Source: a virus. From it: DNA of 64,000 nt. The notes below the pieces were generated by a model. The model made no database searches, was not told the DNA's origin, and worked only from the letters and a program-made list of their open reading frames with translations. Positions 36,957 to 47,005 of the stretch are shown here, in pieces (position 1 is the stretch's first letter; the number at the start of each line of letters is the position of its first letter). Where the stretch lies: positions 1 through 64,000 of IMG/VR virus record IMGVR_UViG_3300046028_006182; one strand, given 5' to 3'. A program made the translations under genes and the position numbers.

Positions 36957-37924
36957 GCTATAACCAGCAACTAAGGGGTAAGATAGTAGAGTATTTTGTA
37001 AAGAGGTATTCTCTAAGGCCTGCTCCCCGGGGCTGGATGCGGGGAGATTGCCCTGTATGCAGGGACAAGAACATATTTGGCATTAACACCCACAGCCTAT
37101 CCACTAATTGTTTTAAGAATAAGTGTACAGAGGGTATTAGTGCTAGTAAGCTCATTATGCAGATTGAGGGAATATCTACTCGGCACGAGCTATATAAGTT
37201 ACTAGAAGCATTCGATGGTACTGCCTACTCGGAAGTAGAAGTAGACTATCAGCCCAGCAGAAAGAAAAAGCCTATAGAATTTCCCGAGTCATACATTCCT
37301 CTAGGTCTATCCGATAACTCCGTAATGGCCCGTAAGGCTAGGAAGGTTTGGAAAAGCCGGGGTTTTTCTATATATAAAGCCACCGTTAATGGCATAGGGT
37401 TTTGCTCATCTGGTGAGTACCGAGGCTACTTTATACTACCCTATTACGTAAAAGGGGAATTGGTATACTTTACAACTCGTAGGTTCTTATCCTCGTTTGG
37501 CCCCAAATTCAAGAACCCCAGTATAGATGACTTCAATGTAGGGAAAAGCCAGTTAATATATAACATCGACGCTTTCCATATCTACCAGAGTATAGACCTA
37601 TTCGAGTCTATTACTAACGCTAATACCTTGGGGAGTAGAGGAGTTGCATTCGGGGGTAAATACCTTTCAGACTGGCAAAAGCAATTTATAATTGAGTCGC
37701 CCTGTGAAAGGTTAACTATATCCCTAGACCGAGACGCATACAAGGAGGCTATTGAATTAGCCTTAGAGTTGGTTTTTTATAAAAAGGTGAGGATAGTACT
37801 TTTCAAGGACAGTCGAGATGCAAATGACCTGGGTAAAAAAGCCTACCTAGAGTTAAGAAAGAAATCAAAGTGGTTGGATTTTAAAACACTTAATAAAATG
37901 CTACAGGATGAGAAGAGTAAATAG
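36953..37924 (+). CDS. dnaG: DNA primase (Zn finger plus TOPRIM)
   Basis: CPVC...NCF...C; KFKNP; FESITNA; LDRDA; DANDL. Confidence 0.9.
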   Translation: MSYNQQLRGKIVEYFVKRYSLRPAPRGWMRGDCPVCRDKNIFGINTHSLSTNCFKNKCTEGISASKLIMQIEGISTRHELYKLLEAFDGTAYSEVEVDYQPSRKKKPIEFPESYIPLGLSDNSVMARKARKVWKSRGFSIYKATVNGIGFCSSGEYRGYFILPYYVKGELVYFTTRRFLSSFGPKFKNPSIDDFNVGKSQLIYNIDAFHIYQSIDLFESITNANTLGSRGVAFGGKYLSDWQKQFIIESPCERLTISLDRDAYKEAIELALELVFYKKVRIVLFKDSRDANDLGKKAYLELRKKSKWLDFKTLNKMLQDEKSK

Positions 37925-38735
37925 CCTCCACATAACCCATCCCGACTTTGTTAAAGTATTAGAGTCAGTTATTGGGAAGAAAAGGATTACCCCCGACGAG
38001 ATTGAACAGGTTTTTAAGAAAGCCTCCAAGTTACAAATCACTAGCCGCTCCATAGATGTCAAAGCCTATAAAAATAACAAGCTATCAAACGTAGCTTTAG
38101 CCAAGAAAACTGATGGTGAGCTATTTAGCCATTTACTAAAGGTAATAAGACAGAGCCACAAGCATCGAGGAGTGAGGATGTATAATGAGGGTGATCCTGA
38201 GTGGGCTACTATTAAGAAACTAAGCAGCGAAGCCAATGCTTTTTGTGAGAACAACAGCCTAGAGCGGGTAGACGGATATAAGAAGTATATCCAAACAGCT
38301 ATGCCACTAATGAAGTCCTTTATTCTACCGAGGATGCTAGGCTTATCCTCTGTGATAGCCGATACTTATGAAGCTTTAGAGGAGATAAGGCTAGATGATA
38401 ACAAAGACCTTACTGCTAGGGTTTACCAAAGATACCTGCAGGTTATAAATGAAAAAACCTCTATCATCCCCAACTACTCCAAAGAGCCCCTACAATATAA
38501 GTACTTCATTGAGTGTGCTCAGATGTGCAAGCAGCTTAGAGTAGAGCCCCTCGACTTTATAAAAGCTCAATTCGAGTATCTACCGTCAGTGCCCTACCCA
38601 TCCCAGCTAGTTGGAGAGAAGGCTAGGAATAGAGTAAGTAGGTACTTATATGATGTAGCCAGTAATAAGATACAAAAACCCCAGGATGACCCCGTATTGG
38701 TAATAGACTTCTCTAAGATTAAAAAGTCAAGATAA
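37908..38735 (+). CDS. Hypothetical replication-module protein
   Basis: 275-aa ORF coupled between primase and helicase. Confidence 0.75.
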   Translation: MRRVNSLHITHPDFVKVLESVIGKKRITPDEIEQVFKKASKLQITSRSIDVKAYKNNKLSNVALAKKTDGELFSHLLKVIRQSHKHRGVRMYNEGDPEWATIKKLSSEANAFCENNSLERVDGYKKYIQTAMPLMKSFILPRMLGLSSVIADTYEALEEIRLDDNKDLTARVYQRYLQVINEKTSIIPNYSKEPLQYKYFIECAQMCKQLRVEPLDFIKAQFEYLPSVPYPSQLVGEKARNRVSRYLYDVASNKIQKPQDDPVLVIDFSKIKKSR

Positions 38736-38736
38736 C

Positions 38737-40182
38737 ATGGCTACTAAACAGGACACCCTGGTATTCCAGGTAAGTAATAACAAGACTAAAATAATTGGGG
38801 ACCCTAAAACTATTGGTTTAATAAGGGAAGACTTTAAAGTAAGAAGCCCAAATGCCTTCTTCTCCCCCGCTTACAGAACTCGGAAATGGGATGGCTTTAT
38901 CCGGTATATCACCGATGTAGGTAATTTTGATACCGGTTTATTGCCCGATGTACTAGGCTATTGCGAGAAGCATAAACTACGAATAGAGATACAGGACCGG
39001 AGAGACTCATATAATCCCCCGGAAGTAGCCAGCAGTATCGGTGAGTTTAATCTTAGACCATACCAAGCCGATGTAGTAGCTGCCTGCATTAGTAATAAGA
39101 TACACACTCTATCTTTCCCAAGGGGTATAGTAGTAGCAGCTACCAACTCAGGTAAAAACTTAATGATAGCCTCAATATTCAAGTCTTTCCCCGAGCATAC
39201 AAGGGGTATAGTCTTACTAAAAGAGAAGGAGTGGTACGAAACATCAGTGATTGAGCTTTCAGAATTGCTAGGAGAAGAAGTTGGCTACCTCAATGCCAAG
39301 TCCTACAAGCCAGGTAGGTTATTGATAGCAATGATGCCCACACTATACTCGAAGCTTACTAAGCCAATTACTAAAGTAGAATACTCTAAACTACTAGCCG
39401 AGATAGACTTGGTTATCGCTGACGAGGGAGATACCACTACCTCTAACCAATTTAAAACAGTCCTACTTAAATGCTCTAATAGTTATGCACGGTATGCCCT
39501 TTCCGGTACCGCATTGATGGGTAAGTACAAAAAGGACTTGCTGAAACACTATGAGCTAAAGAAGTTCTTTGGGGATAAGTTGGTAGAGATAACGAATGAT
39601 TTTATGATTTCAAAGGGCTATTCGACCAAGCCCCTAGTGGTTATAGTAAAGGGTAATAGAGAAGTGGAAATAAGCGGTGATTACCAAGAAGAATATACCC
39701 AAGGCATTGTTCAGAACAAAGCTCGTAACAAAAGGATTTTACGAAGAGCGAAGTACCATGCCGGTAAAGGCAGATACCCTATGCTAATAATCTGCAAAAG
39801 GCATGAGCATATCGAGAAGTTAGCCAAGCTATTTAAAAAGGAATTACCGGGGGTAGTTATTGAAGCAGTCCACCACAAAACAGAAAACCGCAAAGATATA
39901 ATCCAGGCCTTTACTAAGGGTAATATTGAAATACTGATAGCTTCCCACATAGTTAAACGGGCTAAGAACTTCCCTTTAATAAGGTACCTATGCAATGCCA
40001 GTGCGGGTGACTCGGAGGAGGATATAGTTCAGATGGTGGGCCGGGGATTAAGGACACATGAGTCTAAGTCCCGGATATACATTGATGACTTTCATGACAC
40101 AGGTGCATACCTTCTAAGGCATTCAAGACACCGGATAAAGTATTATAAAACCCAAAAGTTTAAGGTAATACAAAAATACTAA
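38737..40182 (+). CDS. Superfamily 2 helicase (UvsW-like)
   Basis: WDG, LRPYQ, ATNSGK, DEGD, LSGT, QMVGRGLR. Confidence 0.92.
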   Translation: MATKQDTLVFQVSNNKTKIIGDPKTIGLIREDFKVRSPNAFFSPAYRTRKWDGFIRYITDVGNFDTGLLPDVLGYCEKHKLRIEIQDRRDSYNPPEVASSIGEFNLRPYQADVVAACISNKIHTLSFPRGIVVAATNSGKNLMIASIFKSFPEHTRGIVLLKEKEWYETSVIELSELLGEEVGYLNAKSYKPGRLLIAMMPTLYSKLTKPITKVEYSKLLAEIDLVIADEGDTTTSNQFKTVLLKCSNSYARYALSGTALMGKYKKDLLKHYELKKFFGDKLVEITNDFMISKGYSTKPLVVIVKGNREVEISGDYQEEYTQGIVQNKARNKRILRRAKYHAGKGRYPMLIICKRHEHIEKLAKLFKKELPGVVIEAVHHKTENRKDIIQAFTKGNIEILIASHIVKRAKNFPLIRYLCNASAGDSEEDIVQMVGRGLRTHESKSRIYIDDFHDTGAYLLRHSRHRIKYYKTQKFKVIQKY

Positions 40183-40214
40183 TAGTATACTCTTATAAAT
40201 AATACTGAACTATT

Positions 40215-40643
40215 ATGCCCAAGGATAAAGACAAAACCAAGAAAAGACGGAAGAGGCCCAGCAGTACACCAGAGAATTTCGATTGGTTTAAACCAGTAGT
40301 AACTGCGGATAAACTAGGGGGAGAAGAAGACCCTTGCTTTGGTAAGCTATACAGCTTGGTACATAAAGCTTGCGGTAGTTGTGGGGATAGCGAACTCTGT
40401 GCTATAGTATACTCCCACCAACTCCATAAAGCCCGTGCCGAGCAAGAAGAAAAGGTAGAGTTTAAGGACTTAGCTGAGGGTGCTTATAAAGCTGAGGGTG
40501 ACAAGAAGATAAGAGCTCTTGCTAAAAAACTCCTGATAGCTGGTAAGTCCTCTAAAGTTATTAAAGCTAGGCTACTAACTAAGTATGGAGTAGTAGAAGC
40601 GGACGCTATAAAGATTATTAATAAACTTAAAGCCAAAATGTAA
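40215..40643 (+). CDS. Cys4 metal-binding protein
   Basis: DPCFG-x8-C-x2-C-x5-C; basic termini. Confidence 0.7.
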   Translation: MPKDKDKTKKRRKRPSSTPENFDWFKPVVTADKLGGEEDPCFGKLYSLVHKACGSCGDSELCAIVYSHQLHKARAEQEEKVEFKDLAEGAYKAEGDKKIRALAKKLLIAGKSSKVIKARLLTKYGVVEADAIKIINKLKAKM

Positions 40644-40647
40644 GGCG

Positions 40648-41523
40648 ATGAAAAAGAGTATAAAAGACGTATCCCAATACCAGGTACCATTTACTTGGGG
40701 AACAGAGCTTCATAGCAAAGAGCTAGCTATAATGTTTAATAAGCAGCGGGAGGTAATCGAGCTATTTTCTAGCATTGAGAGATTACCAGCTTTGCCTCTA
40801 GACATCGGTAAAGCCGATAGCATGAGCTTTCTAAGAGACCTGCTATTTAGGGCTAACATCGAGCTATCAGAGGCTTACACTGAGTACCTAAAGCTATTAA
40901 CCATGCTTTCCTCTAATGTAGATAGAGAAGACATGATACCTACGCTATATGCTTTTAATGAGGAGCTAGCTGACATAGCTCACTTCCTTATTGAGGCCAT
41001 GATATACTCCAATATAGAGGTAGACGATTTAGAGAATTACCTAGATATCTACCTTGAGAGAAATGAGTTCAAGGGTATGTCTAGTAAAGGTAACCCGTTA
41101 GCAACATCACTTAGGGTAGCCCAGTACTTAAACAACACCATTGGTTATCCCCAAATTTTGAAGTTGCCGGCTTTCAATATCCTAGCAGGCTATGAGGAAG
41201 AAAGCATTTGCTTGAAGGGTGGTTCTCGTATTACCCCCGATAGGCTATTCATATTCCAGGACAGTGCTTGGAGGATAACCCATGAGTTAATGAGCTGTGC
41301 TAACCACTTACGGAGCTCTAACTGGTCACTATCCGGTACTCAAACGGATTTTGCTTTATACCACGAGAAATTACTTTCCGTTTGGATAGAGTTTTGCAGA
41401 CTGCTAGTGGCCTTGGATATTGACGTTGTTAACATCTATAGCCTCTACTACCGAAAAAATATTATAAACCAAGAGAGAGCTAAATCTCTGATATTAAAAA
41501 CAACCCATGGGAAGAAAAGTTAA
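40648..41523 (+). CDS. Dimeric (all-alpha) dUTPase/dCTPase-like protein
   Basis: ELSEA, EELADIAHF and the C-terminal YYRKNIINQER motif of the T4 gp56 / dimeric dUTPase family. Confidence 0.75.
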   Translation: MKKSIKDVSQYQVPFTWGTELHSKELAIMFNKQREVIELFSSIERLPALPLDIGKADSMSFLRDLLFRANIELSEAYTEYLKLLTMLSSNVDREDMIPTLYAFNEELADIAHFLIEAMIYSNIEVDDLENYLDIYLERNEFKGMSSKGNPLATSLRVAQYLNNTIGYPQILKLPAFNILAGYEEESICLKGGSRITPDRLFIFQDSAWRITHELMSCANHLRSSNWSLSGTQTDFALYHEKLLSVWIEFCRLLVALDIDVVNIYSLYYRKNIINQERAKSLILKTTHGKKS

Positions 41524-42412
41524 AAAGGTTAAGCCTTTAAAAGTAAAAGAGTTTAACTTCAAGGATGCCCAATTAGCTTGGGCGGGCCTTAATGAGTATT
41601 TGGCTACCCAGGAGAAAGAGGTTTATGCTAGAGGCGGCGGTAGGTATGGACCCGCTCTAAGAAGCTACGACAATATCGTATATATTAGGGATGGGAGGAT
41701 AGACCCCAACTTTGACTTCTCCAGTATGCTTGGATATACCGGCCAGAAGTGGACTTCTCTAGTAAAAAACTATGTTGACCTTAATTATCTTGACTTAGTT
41801 AAGTCCGAAATACTACGGCGGGAGAAAACTAAGTCTAGGAGCTATAACTTTAGCTTCCATTTCAGCAATAAGTACCACTCTGGGAAAGATTGCTTGATAA
41901 GTATATCTTTTATCCGTAGGCTAGATAAAGATAGGCCCATGCTAATCTTTACAACTAGGGCTACAGAGGTAACGAAGAGGCTAATCTTTGACCTGCTACT
42001 TATCCAAAGGATAGGAGAGTATGTATATGGTGAAGGTACTAGGTTTGAGGTTATGTTATTCCTACCGATGATGTATATCTCGGCAGAGCACTTTACTTAC
42101 TACCATGCCTATAAACCAATACCTAGGGTATTGGGTATGCCAAAGAACAAAGGGAAGCTGGGCAAGTTCAGTGCTAGATGTTGGGAAATATACCGCAGGT
42201 TTAAAAAGATTGACGTTACCAAGGTAAAGTTTAAGTCGGACCAGAAGGCAATAGCTCAACTGCAAAGGGTTGTAGCCGGTAAGTCTTTAGGTAAACCCCT
42301 AATTGCTGAGCAGCTTAGGTTAGGTACTATCATTGAGTTCCCAGAGGATTGCATTTCCCCTAAGGAGCGTAAGAGGTTTGTAAGATTAAGAAATCAAAAG
42401 GCTAAGGAATGA
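41507..42412 (+). CDS. Divergent thymidylate-synthase-fold protein (paralogue 1)
   Basis: KDCLISISF (catalytic Cys position); RATEVTKRLIFD aligns with TS RSxDxxxGxxxN. Confidence 0.65.
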   Translation: MGRKVKKVKPLKVKEFNFKDAQLAWAGLNEYLATQEKEVYARGGGRYGPALRSYDNIVYIRDGRIDPNFDFSSMLGYTGQKWTSLVKNYVDLNYLDLVKSEILRREKTKSRSYNFSFHFSNKYHSGKDCLISISFIRRLDKDRPMLIFTTRATEVTKRLIFDLLLIQRIGEYVYGEGTRFEVMLFLPMMYISAEHFTYYHAYKPIPRVLGMPKNKGKLGKFSARCWEIYRRFKKIDVTKVKFKSDQKAIAQLQRVVAGKSLGKPLIAEQLRLGTIIEFPEDCISPKERKRFVRLRNQKAKE

Positions 42413-43200
42413 GCACATACTACAATCTAACTACCGCAATAAACCTAACCAGGGATAAGCTATTCAGCATGGGTACAATTACCCCCACTGAGAAGTGGCA
42501 AGGTAAAGAAGTTAATCGGGATATGCTAGAGCTCCTGGATGTTCACGTGAAGGTATTAGAGGTTCCAAATACTTCCCTAGAGTTAGCTGAGTTAATACAG
42601 CCCAATTTACCCTGGGCAGATATACACTTCGTTGAAAGGGTTGGAGGTAAACCCCTTAATCCGGGTGAGTCATACAAACAATGGCCTTTCTATGGACAGG
42701 ACAGTGCCATGAGAAGCGTATCTCAGAAATTCTCACATACTTACATGGAAAGGTATTGGCCTAAGAAAGCTGGCATATCACCCGGTACACTAGAGTCCTC
42801 CTTTCTTAATAAGGGCATCAGGTATAGCTATGGGGATTTGCTTGATGTAATAGAGCTTCTAAAGAAGGAGCCTTCTACTAGGCAGGCATACCTTCCTATT
42901 TGGTTTCCAGAAGACACGGGGGTAACTTTCGGTGGTAGAGTTCCTTGTACACTGGGTTACCACTTTATAATTAGGGATGGGTTAATCAATGTAACTTACT
43001 ACCTCCGCTCATGCGATGTTTTGAGGCACATGCAAGATGATATTTATTTAACTTGCTTACTCTTAAATTATGTGAAAGATGCACTATCAGAGGTAATGCC
43101 CGAACTAAAGAACGGGTACTACTCTATGCACATAGTATCTCTACACTGCTTTGCTATTGAGAAGAATAAGTTAAAAGCCCGACTAAAAAGCCCTGCATGA
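42409..43200 (+). CDS. Thymidylate-synthase-fold enzyme with dCMP-type Asp (candidate dCMP methylase/hydroxymethylase)
   Basis: TRQA, PCTLGYHF, RSCDVLRHMQDD, SLH. Confidence 0.85.
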   Translation: MSTYYNLTTAINLTRDKLFSMGTITPTEKWQGKEVNRDMLELLDVHVKVLEVPNTSLELAELIQPNLPWADIHFVERVGGKPLNPGESYKQWPFYGQDSAMRSVSQKFSHTYMERYWPKKAGISPGTLESSFLNKGIRYSYGDLLDVIELLKKEPSTRQAYLPIWFPEDTGVTFGGRVPCTLGYHFIIRDGLINVTYYLRSCDVLRHMQDDIYLTCLLLNYVKDALSEVMPELKNGYYSMHIVSLHCFAIEKNKLKARLKSPA

Positions 43201-43613
43201 AAGAAAGAATATCCCGATTAGACTACTTTAAGGAGATGGTACAAGTCGTCTCAAAAAGAGCTACTTGTGGCAGAGCTTGCCAGGGAGCTATAATTGTTAA
43301 AGAAAATAGGGTAATCTCTACCGGTTATAATGGGCCCGTATCAAGGAGTAAACATTGTGAAGAGCTTGGCTGCAATGTAAATGAGTCCTGCAAAGTAAGC
43401 GTACACGCTGAAGCTAACTCAATATACTTTGCTGCCAAGCATGGCATAGCCACGGAAGGAGCCTCATTATACTGTAGTACTGCCCCTTGCCACCTATGCG
43501 CTCAGGCTATTATCCAAGCTGGTATCACAGAGGTATTCTACATCAATGACTATAGGGATAGAGCAGGTATAGAAATACTGGAGTCTAGTAAAGTAGAAGT
43601 ATCTAAATTATAA
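43197..43613 (+). CDS. dCMP deaminase
   Basis: RATC, TGYNG, HAEAN, PCHLC. Confidence 0.95.
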   Translation: MKERISRLDYFKEMVQVVSKRATCGRACQGAIIVKENRVISTGYNGPVSRSKHCEELGCNVNESCKVSVHAEANSIYFAAKHGIATEGASLYCSTAPCHLCAQAIIQAGITEVFYINDYRDRAGIEILESSKVEVSKL

Positions 43614-43634
43614 AGTACAACTCGTACCAACAAT

Positions 43635-45821
43635 ATGGAAGCTAGGTATAAGATTTGCAAGAACCTTGCACAAGTAAAAAAGCTAATAGCCTGCTGCAAA
43701 GAAACGGGATATGCGTGCTTAGATTTCGAGACAACCTCTGGCAAATTCTACGAGATAACCGAGCACCCCACAGTATTAGGCATATCTTATCAGCCCGGCT
43801 CAGCGGTAGTAGTACCCCTTTACCATGATGAGTCCCCGTTCAAACATAACTACAGAAAGGTATTAAAGCTAATAGGTAGGGAGGTAATATCAAATCCCGA
43901 TATTGTTAAGATTGGGCAAAACTTTAAATTTGAGCACTCCTGGTTTCTAAGGTTTAATATAGTACCAAGAGGTAGGATATTAGATACAATGTTAGCTAAG
44001 TACTTACTGGATGAGGAAAGGCCGCATGACTTGAAGAGTATGGTTTCTAGGTTTATACCTGAGTACTCTGACTATGAGAGCGAGATACAAGCCCTTGCTC
44101 GGCAGCATGGCTGGGCAAAGATACCTATGGAGCCACTAGCTAAATACAATGCCCTAGATTGCATACTCACTTTTAAGCTAATGCTATTCTTTGAGCCGAA
44201 GTTAATGGAGCTTAATATGTATTCGCTATTTAGAAACCTCTTGATGCAACTTAGCAGGACTCTTGCTGAGTCTGAGTATAGGGGTATTCTAGTGGATAAG
44301 CAATACTTAGAGGGTATAACTGCTGACACTCGTAAGAAGCTAGATGACCTTTACCAAGAGAAAGTAATTGGGCATAAGGTTATTAAAAGGTATATCCGAA
44401 AATCTACAAAGGTAAAGGTAAAAGCTTTAATTAAAAGCGTAAAGCAGGAGATAAGCGATTTACAAGAGTCGGGCAAAGGGATGAGTGACCGGGTAATAGT
44501 TAGTAGGTTAACTAAAATACAAAACTACTCTAGGGGCATATTCACTACCAAAAAGGAGTTAAAGATGGTTGAGCCTATTAATCTAAACAGCTCACACCAA
44601 CTAATAGACTTTCTTTTTACCTCGAAGCATGGTCTACAGCTACCAGTAGTTAGATTTACAGTTGACAAGAAAACCAAGCAGCAGAAAACTACCCCATCAA
44701 CGGATGAGACCAGCTTGCTAGAGCTACGAGAGCTAGATGAAACGGGTTTTATTGATACCCTATTACTACACCGCTCAGAGCAAAAGCTATACAGTACCTA
44801 TATGGTGGGTATATTAGAGAAGATATCCTCTAAAAATAGAATACACACTAAGTTCAATATCCATGGTACTGTTACTGGCAGGCTATCTTCAACCAACCCA
44901 AATCTACAAAACATTCCCCGAAGTACTACATCATCCCTTATCAAGAAGATGTTTATCCCACCACCGGGCTACCTAATACTTGAGGTCGATTACTCCCAAG
45001 CAGAGCTAAGGATAGTAGCTGAGCTTGCAAAGGAGAAAACCATGATTAAGTGGTTCAATGAGGGTAGAAACATACACGTAGCGGTAGCTTGCAAAGCTAA
45101 TGGTCGTGAAGATGACTATGATGAGATTTATAAGATAAGCAAAGACCCAAGCCACCCCGACTACAATTACTGGACTATCCGTAAGAAAAGGGCTAAGACT
45201 ATTAACTTTGGTATCTTGTATGGGCAGGGTGCTAAGAAGTTAGCAGAAACTCTAAACTCTAAACTAGAGGAGGGTGAAAAGAAAACATCAGAGCAAGCGG
45301 CAGCTAAGTTCAAAAAGGAGTGGCTAGAAACTTTCCCAAGGATTGATAAGTGGATTAAAGGGCAATTCAGATTTGCCTATGATAATGGATATGTCCCCAC
45401 AGTATTTGGTAGGAAAAGGAGATTACCTGATATTTACCTTGAGAACTCTCACAAAGGTAAATTCCTAGAGGCTCAAAGACAATCAGTAAATGCCCCGATA
45501 CAGGGTGCATCATCTGACTTTACCCTATTCAGCTCTATTATCGTGAGGGAATATATACTTAAAGGCTTACTCCCTAGGGATATGTTGCAATGCTATACAG
45601 TACATGACTCAATTGGTTATTACATAAGACCCGAGGATTTACACAGAGTAGTACCGATACTTGACGAGATATGCTCTAATCCCCAGACCGGGAAATACTT
45701 TCACTTCCAAGCTAAGTACGTTAAGATGAAGGTATCATTTGAGGTGGGCAGAAACTGGGGAAGTTTACAAGATTACAACCCAAGCATAAACTATACAGAT
45801 TTTTTAAACCAACAAAACTAG
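43635..45821 (+). CDS. polA: Family A DNA polymerase with 3'-5' exonuclease
   Basis: DFET ExoI; TGRLSS.NPNLQNIP; DYSQAELR; RAKTINFGILYG; HDS. Confidence 0.97.
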   Translation: MEARYKICKNLAQVKKLIACCKETGYACLDFETTSGKFYEITEHPTVLGISYQPGSAVVVPLYHDESPFKHNYRKVLKLIGREVISNPDIVKIGQNFKFEHSWFLRFNIVPRGRILDTMLAKYLLDEERPHDLKSMVSRFIPEYSDYESEIQALARQHGWAKIPMEPLAKYNALDCILTFKLMLFFEPKLMELNMYSLFRNLLMQLSRTLAESEYRGILVDKQYLEGITADTRKKLDDLYQEKVIGHKVIKRYIRKSTKVKVKALIKSVKQEISDLQESGKGMSDRVIVSRLTKIQNYSRGIFTTKKELKMVEPINLNSSHQLIDFLFTSKHGLQLPVVRFTVDKKTKQQKTTPSTDETSLLELRELDETGFIDTLLLHRSEQKLYSTYMVGILEKISSKNRIHTKFNIHGTVTGRLSSTNPNLQNIPRSTTSSLIKKMFIPPPGYLILEVDYSQAELRIVAELAKEKTMIKWFNEGRNIHVAVACKANGREDDYDEIYKISKDPSHPDYNYWTIRKKRAKTINFGILYGQGAKKLAETLNSKLEEGEKKTSEQAAAKFKKEWLETFPRIDKWIKGQFRFAYDNGYVPTVFGRKRRLPDIYLENSHKGKFLEAQRQSVNAPIQGASSDFTLFSSIIVREYILKGLLPRDMLQCYTVHDSIGYYIRPEDLHRVVPILDEICSNPQTGKYFHFQAKYVKMKVSFEVGRNWGSLQDYNPSINYTDFLNQQN

Positions 45822-45825
45822 GCGT

Positions 45826-46512
45826 ATGAGAATTGGATTATCCGGACCAAGTGGCTCTGGCAAGACGACGATAGCTAAGATATTAGCAGAGTCATTAGGT
45901 ATACCCTTTATCCCGACATCGGTAGAGAATGTATTAAGTGAGTGGCAAAAAGAATACCTAAGTCAGAAGTACGGTTATGAAGCTAAGGGCCATAAGAATG
46001 TTATCCAGCTATCGGGAGCTAATCCTGAATTTGCAAAAGAGTTCCAGCTCATGGTTAAATCGGGTAGAGCAGCTCTATTAGCTGAGCATGAAAGCTACAT
46101 AGTAGACCGTACCGCTATTGACAACATGGCTTATTACTTATCAGAGGGTGCTGCCTATGACACCTATGAGCAGTCCGTCCTATTCCTTATGGATGTTAGG
46201 GATAATCTAAAAGCCCTAGATGTTGTATTTGTTATAAAAGCAGTACAGCCTAGTAGAGAGGTAGAAGATAACAACTCTCGTATACCCAACTGGATATATC
46301 AGAAAGGGGTAGAGGGTAACTTCATTACAGCGAAGAATTTAATTTACGACCTTGAGTCTTTAGATGAGTTGCAAGAGCTTCCCTTAGTACAGACTATAGG
46401 CTACTGGGATTTAAGAACTCGCCAGCAGGATATGCTAACTCGTATAGCCAAGAGGGTAGAGATGAAAGCTGACTTCATCAAGAAAGTAAAAATGAGAACC
46501 GATGAGTACTAA
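45826..46512 (+). CDS. P-loop (deoxy)nucleoside monophosphate kinase
   Basis: GPSGSGKTT; DRTAID. Confidence 0.8.
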   Translation: MRIGLSGPSGSGKTTIAKILAESLGIPFIPTSVENVLSEWQKEYLSQKYGYEAKGHKNVIQLSGANPEFAKEFQLMVKSGRAALLAEHESYIVDRTAIDNMAYYLSEGAAYDTYEQSVLFLMDVRDNLKALDVVFVIKAVQPSREVEDNNSRIPNWIYQKGVEGNFITAKNLIYDLESLDELQELPLVQTIGYWDLRTRQQDMLTRIAKRVEMKADFIKKVKMRTDEY

Positions 46513-46978
46513 GAGCTTAAGCCTACTCCTCCAAGCCAAGAAGTTTAACCTATCTAAGGTTAAAATACACGTAGATGGCAAGGATATTGAGATTGACTTG
46601 TATAAAGAGCTAAGGGTAGAACGTAGGCTAGTTAATATGGGGAGCGATGAGTTACGTCAGTTACCCCCGATATACGGCTTCTTAAAAACTATCGAGGCAA
46701 GGCTTACCGAGCAAGTAGAATTAGCAGTAAACAATGAAGAAAGGGTTTACTCTTTATTATTTGTAAGATATAAGAAAGATTTAGTAAAGGGAAGGCCCCC
46801 ATCTGATGATACCGCAAAATACCTAGTAGTAGGTAGCAAGAAGTATCAAAAGGCAAAGGTAGAAACCATAAACCTTAGGGCTAACCTTAACAAGATTAAA
46901 GCAGCTACTCGTTCCTTTGAGATGAAGAAAGAGCTACTGCAAACCTTATCAGCTAACTCTAGGAAAGAGAAAGTATAA
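46502..46978 (+). CDS. UvsY-like recombination mediator
   Basis: Helical, ends KKELLQTLSANSRKE; precedes SSB and RecA. Confidence 0.6.
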   Translation: MSTKSLSLLLQAKKFNLSKVKIHVDGKDIEIDLYKELRVERRLVNMGSDELRQLPPIYGFLKTIEARLTEQVELAVNNEERVYSLLFVRYKKDLVKGRPPSDDTAKYLVVGSKKYQKAKVETINLRANLNKIKAATRSFEMKKELLQTLSANSRKEKV

Positions 46979-47005
46979 CCATATAACTATAAAAACCCCA
47001 TCACA

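Noticed and set aside
43635-45821. Intein or intron in PolA (also checked TerL, helicases and RecA)
   Set aside because: Sizes are normal; no C/S...HN intein ends, LAGLIDADG motifs or frame breaks.
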